Source of the DNA: Candidatus Poribacteria bacterium
GTDB lineage: Bacteria; Poribacteria; WGA-4E; PCPOR2b
Direction of reading: 5' to 3'
DNA: 64,000 nucleotides
NCBI GenBank assembly: GCA_965222805.1
Contig: CBDCUX010000005.1
Span: forward strand, 4,068,770-4,132,769
The notes beneath the pieces were generated by a model. It saw nothing but the letters and a program-made list of their open reading frames with translations. It did not search any database and was not told where the DNA came from. Positions 57,807 to 64,000 of the stretch are shown here, in pieces. Positions within the stretch are counted from its first letter, which is position 1. Every line of letters begins with the position of its first letter. The translations under genes and the position numbers were made by a program.

Positions 57807-58712
57807 TCAGAAGAGGGCAGCTTCGTATAATTGATGATAGCGATTCTCGATCTCAGGCCGGGTAAGCCGGCGTTGACGGTTCAAACTGAAGTCTTCAACA
57901 TTAAAGGAGGCGATGACTGTTCCGTAGATGATCGCTTTGCGGATTGCTGCTTCTGAGGTCTCTCCGGCAGCGGCGAGATACCCCAAAAATCCGCCTGCGA
58001 AGCTATCACCCGCCCCGGTTGGATCAGATACAGATTCCAAGGGGTAAGCGGGTGCGGCAAAGAATGTGGAATCGGTAAGGGTAATCGCTCCGTGTTCCCC
58101 TTTTTTGATAATGACTCGATCCGGTCCATAGGTGAGAATCTTCTTCCCAGCGCGGATGAGGTTACCTTCTCCCGTCAATAGACGTGCTTCCCCATCATTT
58201 AGGATCAAGATGTCTACTTCACCCAGCGTTTGCATCAGTGCGTCAAGGCTGTTATTAATCCAGAGGTTCATCGTATCGCATACGATTAATTTTGGGGCTG
58301 TCGCCTGGCGTAGCACATTCAGTTGTAGTTCAGGATTAATGTTGGCTAAGAAAACGTAAGGGGTGTCTTTATACGTTTCTGGCAATTTAGGATCGAACTC
58401 ACCGTAGACATTCAGGTCTGTAAAAAGTGTCATTGCAGCGTTAAGGTCGCTGGTATAGTCTCCACCCCAACGGAACGTTTTGCCACCTTGAATCTGTTCT
58501 AGGCCTTCGAGTTCAATCCCTTGGGCTTCTAGGAAATCGAGATGCTCTTTGGGAAAATCATCGCCGATAACAGCGACCAACCGGATAGAACCGTAGAAGA
58601 AGCGCGCCGCAGTTGAAAAGTAGATGGCTGATCCACCAAGTGCATTTTCGACTTTGCCGGCGTGGGTTTTAACATCGTCCAATCCGACGGATCCGACGAC
58701 TAAGATACTCAT
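57807..58712 (-). CDS. PfkB-family carbohydrate kinase (ribokinase/fructokinase-like)
   Basis: N-terminal GG motif (LGGSAIYF). C-terminal DPTGAGDSFAGGFLG anion-hole motif. Confidence 0.85.
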   Translation of the reverse strand: MSILVVGSVGLDDVKTHAGKVENALGGSAIYFSTAARFFYGSIRLVAVIGDDFPKEHLDFLEAQGIELEGLEQIQGGKTFRWGGDYTSDLNAAMTLFTDLNVYGEFDPKLPETYKDTPYVFLANINPELQLNVLRQATAPKLIVCDTMNLWINNSLDALMQTLGEVDILILNDGEARLLTGEGNLIRAGKKILTYGPDRVIIKKGEHGAITLTDSTFFAAPAYPLESVSDPTGAGDSFAGGFLGYLAAAGETSEAAIRKAIIYGTVIASFNVEDFSLNRQRRLTRPEIENRYHQLYEAALF

Positions 58713-58765
58713 ATCAACCTCGCAACCAAATCTGATGAGAACTGAGCTAGTATGTGAAAGCGGAC

Positions 58766-59002
58766 TTAGAAAGAAAAGGGACCTTGGCGGTTTTTGTTTT
58801 CACGCATCCCGGCAATGACGCGTCGCAGACGACGAACTAGGATAGTAACCAAGACGACGACTAACACAAATTGTAGTATCTGAAACAGTTTGAGGGTCCC
58901 GTCAGATAGTTGTGATGAATTGGCTGTGAACATCCAAATCGGCACAAGTAAAATCGCTGACAGAAGCAAAATGATGCTTTCCCAGAGATCAGAATTTTTC
59001 AT
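58766..59002 (-). CDS. Small two-TM membrane protein (78 aa)
   Basis: ATG at 59002 with AAGGAG 7 nt upstream. MKNSDLWESIILLLSAILLVPIWMF...LQFVLVVVLVTILVRRLRR. Lies in the 3' flank of ahcY. Confidence 0.4.
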   Translation of the reverse strand: MKNSDLWESIILLLSAILLVPIWMFTANSSQLSDGTLKLFQILQFVLVVVLVTILVRRLRRVIAGMRENKNRQGPFSF

Positions 59003-59019
59003 CAAGAAACTCCTTTGCA

Positions 59020-60282
59020 TCAAGTTCCCATCGTCCAAGAGTTGAGATAGGTCTGTTGTTCCTCTGTTAATTCATCGATTGCAACGCCGATGGCTCGTAG
59101 CTTCAGCTCTGCGATAGAAGCATCCAGTTCCTCCGGCACATCATAAACACGGTTTTCCATCTGTTCGTGGTTTTTAGCAACGTACTCCGCAGACAACGCC
59201 TGATTCGCAAAGCTCATATCCATGACGCTAGCGGGGTGCCCCTCCGCTGAAGCGAGATTTATGAGTCTTCCCTCTGCGAGCAGATAAAGTTTGCGGCCAT
59301 CCTTGAGGGAATATTCCTCGACCAACGCTCGCGCTGTCCTCACTTCGGTGCTTAAATCTTTGAGATCGGGGATGTTAATTTCGACATTGAAATGCCCTGA
59401 ATTACAAATAATCGCGCCATCCTTCATCGCTTCAAAATGCTCGCGGCGCAACACATGAATATTGCCTGTCAGCGTAACGACGAGATCAGCTTCAGCGACA
59501 GCCTGAATCATAGGCAAAACGCGGCAACCATCCATCACCGCTTCCAATGCGTTCAACGGATTAACTTCCGCGACAATGACATTTGCGCCTAAGCCTCGCG
59601 CCCGATCGGCAAAACCGCGCCCACACCAGCCGTAGCCGGCGACAGCAACGGTAGAACCGGCGATTAGCAGATTGGTTGCGCGAATGATGCCGTCCAGTGT
59701 GCTTTGCCCCGTCCCGTAACGATTATCAAAGAAATGCTTCGTTTTGGCGTCGTTTACGGCGATGATTGGATACTTGAGAACCCCTTCGGCTGCCATACTC
59801 CTGAGGCGGATAACCCCTGTTGTCGTTTCCTCTGTTCCGGCGTACACATTTTCCACGTAAGACGGGTTTGCATCCTCAGCGTGGAGACGAGAAACCAGAT
59901 CCGCTCCGTCATCCATAGTAATTGCCGGTTGAAAGCTGACCGCTTCATCAATATGTTGGTAATAGGTCTCGGTGTCCTCCCCCTTGATTGCAAAAATGGG
60001 GATGTCGTCATGCTCTACAAGCGACGCAGCAACATCGTCTTGGGTGCTCAGCGGGTTAGAGGCACACAAAAGTACTTCGGCACCGCCCGCTTTCAGTGCT
60101 CGGGCTAAGTTAGCGGTTTCCGTGGTAACATGCAAACATGCGGAAATCCGTACCCCTTCTAGTGGACGTTCTTGTTCAAATCGTTGGCGAATCAGACGCA
60201 GGACAGGCATGAAACGGTCTGCCCAGTCAATTCGCCGCTTTCCATCATCTGCGAGTTCTTGATCCTTGATATCGTGATTCAT
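59020..60282 (-). CDS. ahcY: Adenosylhomocysteinase
   Basis: Full-length collinearity with SahH. NAD-binding [15 protein letters not shown] at 60282 (MNHDIKDQ...). Confidence 0.88.
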   Translation of the reverse strand: MNHDIKDQELADDGKRRIDWADRFMPVLRLIRQRFEQERPLEGVRISACLHVTTETANLARALKAGGAEVLLCASNPLSTQDDVAASLVEHDDIPIFAIKGEDTETYYQHIDEAVSFQPAITMDDGADLVSRLHAEDANPSYVENVYAGTEETTTGVIRLRSMAAEGVLKYPIIAVNDAKTKHFFDNRYGTGQSTLDGIIRATNLLIAGSTVAVAGYGWCGRGFADRARGLGANVIVAEVNPLNALEAVMDGCRVLPMIQAVAEADLVVTLTGNIHVLRREHFEAMKDGAIICNSGHFNVEINIPDLKDLSTEVRTARALVEEYSLKDGRKLYLLAEGRLINLASAEGHPASVMDMSFANQALSAEYVAKNHEQMENRVYDVPEELDASIAELKLRAIGVAIDELTEEQQTYLNSWTMGT

Positions 60283-60293
60283 AGCTACTCCTT

Positions 60294-61448
60294 CTATACG
60301 CCTGCCTCTGCCTTCAGCAAATCTGCGTAGTCCGTCAATTCCCATGTGAATCCCGGCTCCTCACGTCCGAAATGCCCGTAAGCCGCTGTTGCTGAGTAAA
60401 TCGGTTTTCGGAGATCAAGTCGCTCGATAATTCCGGCTGGCGTCAGATCGAAATGCCTCCTTACAAGCTGGGTTAGTTTTTCGTCGGGGATTGTACCTGT
60501 ACCGAAAGTCTCAAGCATGATTGAGATTGGTTCAACGACACCGATGGCATAGGAGAGTTGGACTTCACATCGCTCCGCCAATCCAGCGGCGACCATGTTT
60601 TTCGCAACGTGTCTCGCTGCATACGCCGCGCTCCGATCCACTTTCGTCGGATCTTTGCCAGAAAATGCCCCGCCACCATGTCTTCCCATGCCTCCGTAAG
60701 TATCAGCAATAATCTTCCGACCTGTTAGTCCGCAATCACCTTGCGGTCCGCCGACAACGAAACGCCCTGTTGGATTGACATGGTAGGTGATATCAGATTG
60801 GTTTTGACGCAGTTCTTCAGGAATGATGGGTTTGATAATTTCCTCTATGACGGCTTCTCTCAACTCGTCATTCGTAACCTCCGGAGCGTGTTGAGTCGAA
60901 ATCACAACAGTATTAACAGCTATAGGTTGTCCATCAACGTATTCAATAGTTACCTGCGATTTTCCATCAGGTCGCAGGAAGTCTAATATACCCTCTTTCC
61001 GTACTTGTGCCAGCCGGCGCGTCAGTCTATGTGCGAATATAATCGGCATTGGCATTAGCTCCGGCGTCTCGCGGCAAGCATAACCGAACATCATCCCTTG
61101 ATCGCCGGCACCGAGCCGGTCTACTCCCATTGAAATATCAGCGGATTGCTCATCAATGGCAGTCAACAGCGCACAGTGTTCGTAGTCAAAACCGTAGGTT
61201 GACTTAACATAGCCAACCTGTTGGATAGTGCGACGGACCAGTGCGGGTATATCGATGAAATTTGCACTAGTCGTGATTTCACCCGTGATGAGTGCGAGCC
61301 CCGTTGTTACCAACGTTTCGCAGGCGACGCGCCCCATTGGATCGTCTCGCATGACCGCATCAAGCACGGCATCAGAAATCTGATCTGCAAGTTTATCCGG
61401 GTGTCCTTCAGTTACGGATTCAGATGTAAATACAAAGTTTTGAGCCAA
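60294..61448 (-). CDS. metK: S-adenosylmethionine synthetase
   Basis: [33 protein letters not shown], and otherwise collinear with E. coli MetK. TTG start with an AGGAG RBS. Confidence 0.9.
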   Translation of the reverse strand: MAQNFVFTSESVTEGHPDKLADQISDAVLDAVMRDDPMGRVACETLVTTGLALITGEITTSANFIDIPALVRRTIQQVGYVKSTYGFDYEHCALLTAIDEQSADISMGVDRLGAGDQGMMFGYACRETPELMPMPIIFAHRLTRRLAQVRKEGILDFLRPDGKSQVTIEYVDGQPIAVNTVVISTQHAPEVTNDELREAVIEEIIKPIIPEELRQNQSDITYHVNPTGRFVVGGPQGDCGLTGRKIIADTYGGMGRHGGGAFSGKDPTKVDRSAAYAARHVAKNMVAAGLAERCEVQLSYAIGVVEPISIMLETFGTGTIPDEKLTQLVRRHFDLTPAGIIERLDLRKPIYSATAAYGHFGREEPGFTWELTDYADLLKAEAGV

Positions 61449-62097
61449 TTGAGTTCTCCTAGTTAAATTCCGTCATACACACAAAAAAAGGAATAAATTC
61501 GGATTCAGATTCCACCTATTGCCGATAGTGAAAAGCCGTCCCTGAGCCAGCTGAAGGAGGAGCTTCCGCTGCATGAGAAAGCCTCCACGAAACCCGCTTT
61601 TGAACGGCGTGCAGGTTCAGGCGGGGAATTCGTGTACCCGTGTCAGGTATATTCCTTCCTTTCCCCAATCTGAGGGTATGGGGCCCCTTATCAGCATTAT
61701 GAATTTTGACAATTTTATCAGTATTGTTGGGGGTGGTAGCCTATCACTCAACCCTTGAAGCGGTTTGCCAATTCTGCATCTGTGATGCCTAACCTAGTGC
61801 GCAAACGGACTAGCATGGGGTGTGATAGGTGATATGCGTCGACAGGCGCGTGCCATAGAAAAGAGATGAAAATCTCTTATCACTAGCCGCGAAAGTAGTG
61901 CCCAACCATTGAGTAATAGCAGATCGCAAACGAACCATCTCAATCTGTTGGAAAGAAAACGCTCAAATTTTTGCGAAAGGCTTTAAGCAACAAGGGAGGG
62001 ATGGCGGTAAGGTCTTGAATACATTTACAAAAAAATATGGTGCTATTACATAACCTATAAGCAGCCACATGATAACTGCAGCCGGACGTGGGACGTG

Positions 62098-62130
62098 AAA
62101 AGCAACTTATCATGTTTCACGTCTCATGCC
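62098..62130 (-). terminator. Hairpin GACGTGAAA-(14 nt)-TTTCACGTC downstream of rpsA
   Basis: 9-bp perfect stem about 125 nt after the rpsA stop. No clear U-tract. Confidence 0.3.
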
Positions 62131-62254
62131 GGCGACAGACAAACATCATCCAAAAAATTTTGTCTGAAGATTAAGTGATAGCAAACTATGATCTGGAATG
62201 ATACGAAACAGTTCGACAACACGGAGAGAGCTTACCTCCATGAACAGATACGCA

Positions 62255-64000
62255 TTAATTGTCTTCCGAACCCGATTTATTTAGTTCTTCCTTTAATAAT
62301 CCTCCAAATGCTGTTAGTTCTTCCCGGTCTTTTTGTTGAGGCTGGGAGCGTTCTGGCTGTTCTTGTTGTTGTTGTTGTTGGTACTGCGTAACGGTTGCAC
62401 GGTCCTGTTCAGCCTGCGCGGCTTTTAACGACAGACCAATTCGACGTTCAGTTGGATCTAAGTGAATTACCTTTAGGTTCAATTCCTCACCAGCCGAAAC
62501 GATATCTTCCGGCTTTTCGACGCGTTGTTCAGCAAGCTCAGAAATATGGATTAACCCTTCGATGTCATCTTCAAGCTGTGCAAACACGCCAAAACTGGTT
62601 ATGTTTACAACCTTTCCACGAACCACAGATCCAATTTTGTACTTATTCGGAACTTCTATCCATGGATCAGGTTCGATCTGTTTGAGACCTAAGGAAATCT
62701 TTTGTTGCACTGAGTCGATGCTTAAAACCATAACTTCAACTTCATCGCCTTCCTTGAGAACCTCGCGCGGATCGACAATTCGTTTCAGCCACGAAAGATC
62801 GGAAATATGGATTAAACCATCAATTCCTTCCTCAATTTCAACGAAAGCGCCAAAATTAGTCAGGTTACGTACGCGTCCCGTGAGTTTTGTACCGACAGGA
62901 TATTTTGTCTCCAAAAGCTCCCAAGGATTGGTCTCGAGTTGCTTCAACCCAAGAGATAGCTTCTGATTGCCCTTGTCGATATCCAGAACAACTGCGTCAA
63001 TGACATTGTCCTTTACGACTACCTTTGACGGTGCAATGTGTCGCCGTGTCCAAGACATCTCCGATATATGGATGAGTCCTTCCACGCCCTCTTCAAGTTC
63101 AAGAAATGCCCCGTAGTTGACAATGCCGACTACTTTGCCTGTAACCGTGGAGCCGATAGGGTATTTCTCATCCACGGATTCCCATGGATCCAGCGTTTTC
63201 TGTTTTAATCCAAGAGAAACCTTTTCGGTATTGCGATCAACAGAGATAACCATTACCTCTATTTCATCCCCTACCGAAACGACCTCAGATGGATGATTAA
63301 CTCGACGCCACGACATATCGGTTTTGTGGAGTAATCCATCAATACCACCAAGGTCAACAAATGCACCAAAGGTAGTGATACTCTTTACAACCCCGGATCG
63401 AATTTGGTTCGTTTCGAGGTTCTCAAGAAGAGCGGTTTTTTGCGATGCTAACTCCTCTTCGAGAATCACACGGCGCGACAGGACAATATTGCGGCGACGC
63501 TTACTAAGTTTAACAACCTTTGCTTCAAGTGTCTGACCGATATACTGTTCAAAATCTTGTGGAGGTCGTAACTCAATCTGAGATGCAGGTAGGAAAGCCC
63601 GTAATTTACCGAGATCTACTTGAAGCCCACCCTTAATCCGTTGTACGACGGTACCTGCCACAACCCGTCCCGCTTCGTAAGCCTCTGTAATCTCGTCCCA
63701 AACCATTTTCTGATCGGCAATTTCCTTGGATAGGACGAGCTGACCTTCGGCATCTTCCCTGCGAACGATGTACACATCAATCAAGTCACCGGTACTTATG
63801 GCAGGTACACCCTCTTCCTTAATCGGAAATTCCGATACCGGGATATACCCCTCTGACTTGAACCCAATATCAATCATAACTTCGTCATGATCGACATTAA
63901 TCACCGTTCCCTTAACAATTTCCCCTTCCGAAAAAGCTTTAAGGGAATTGTCATAGGCTTCCTCAAGGGATTCGATTTCGGCGAGCTCCGGTGTCGCTTC
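62255..64000 (-). CDS. rpsA: 30S ribosomal protein S1, partial: the N-terminus lies beyond the window end
   Basis: At least five S1 domains with the recurring G..V.G.V....FGAFV....GLLHIS motif. The reading frame stays open to base 64000 (upstream translation ...ELAEIESLEEAYDNSLKAFSEGEIVKGTV). Gln-rich C-terminal tail. Confidence 0.88.
   Translation of the reverse strand, partial: EATPELAEIESLEEAYDNSLKAFSEGEIVKGTVINVDHDEVMIDIGFKSEGYIPVSEFPIKEEGVPAISTGDLIDVYIVRREDAEGQLVLSKEIADQKMVWDEITEAYEAGRVVAGTVVQRIKGGLQVDLGKLRAFLPASQIELRPPQDFEQYIGQTLEAKVVKLSKRRRNIVLSRRVILEEELASQKTALLENLETNQIRSGVVKSITTFGAFVDLGGIDGLLHKTDMSWRRVNHPSEVVSVGDEIEVMVISVDRNTEKVSLGLKQKTLDPWESVDEKYPIGSTVTGKVVGIVNYGAFLELEEGVEGLIHISEMSWTRRHIAPSKVVVKDNVIDAVVLDIDKGNQKLSLGLKQLETNPWELLETKYPVGTKLTGRVRNLTNFGAFVEIEEGIDGLIHISDLSWLKRIVDPREVLKEGDEVEVMVLSIDSVQQKISLGLKQIEPDPWIEVPNKYKIGSVVRGKVVNITSFGVFAQLEDDIEGLIHISELAEQRVEKPEDIVSAGEELNLKVIHLDPTERRIGLSLKAAQAEQDRATVTQYQQQQQQEQPERSQPQQKDREELTAFGGLLKEELNKSGSEDN

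Noticed and set aside
61449-61700. SAM-I (S-box) riboswitch in the metK leader
   Set aside because: The conserved S-box blocks (CTTATCAAGAG, GAGGGACTGGCCC, GGTGCTAATTCC) are not present on the minus strand. Only generic hairpins were found, so it is kept as an open question

Overview
This is a 64 kb chromosomal window from a bacterium of about 50-55% GC. Coding density is high and most genes have clean Shine-Dalgarno sites of the AAGGAG type. Housekeeping and metabolic genes include mutY, a DRG-family GTPase, ggt, hemY, modABC, sat, ahcY-metK and a partial rpsA. They are interleaved with accessory, cell-envelope-oriented content. (1) A Kelch beta-propeller gene is followed by five tandem paralogous secreted PD40/TolB-like beta-propeller proteins at 11.0-19.7 kb. 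Four carry a T9SS-type (Por_Secre_tail / FlgD-Ig-like) C-terminal sorting domain, and one has lost it through a stop codon. Two members share near-identical segments, consistent with recent gene conversion. (2) Two tandem proteins at 50.5-54.1 kb fuse an N-terminal Rieske [2Fe-2S] domain to a roughly 470-aa domain I cannot place in any family. A small secreted protein and a lipoprotein follow them. An IS element sits just upstream, between them and sat. (3) A roughly 2 kb island at 41.5-43.8 kb has extreme strand-asymmetric composition that flips sharply from G+T-rich to A+C-rich at about 42.43 kb, and it encodes a GIY-YIG nuclease. (4) There are tandem CE7 esterase paralogs, one of which has lost the catalytic Ser and Asp. 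(5) There are tandem paralogous 640-aa polytopic membrane proteins of unknown family. (6) There is a stand-alone dsRBD protein. (7) hemY is translationally coupled to a pentaheme cytochrome c. (8) Short hairpin-forming repeat families are dispersed through the intergenic regions. Eukaryotic-like repeat proteins are abundant (Sel1 x2, TPR, Kelch, PD40), which suggests a host-associated lifestyle; that is inference only. No rRNA, tRNA or CRISPR was found.
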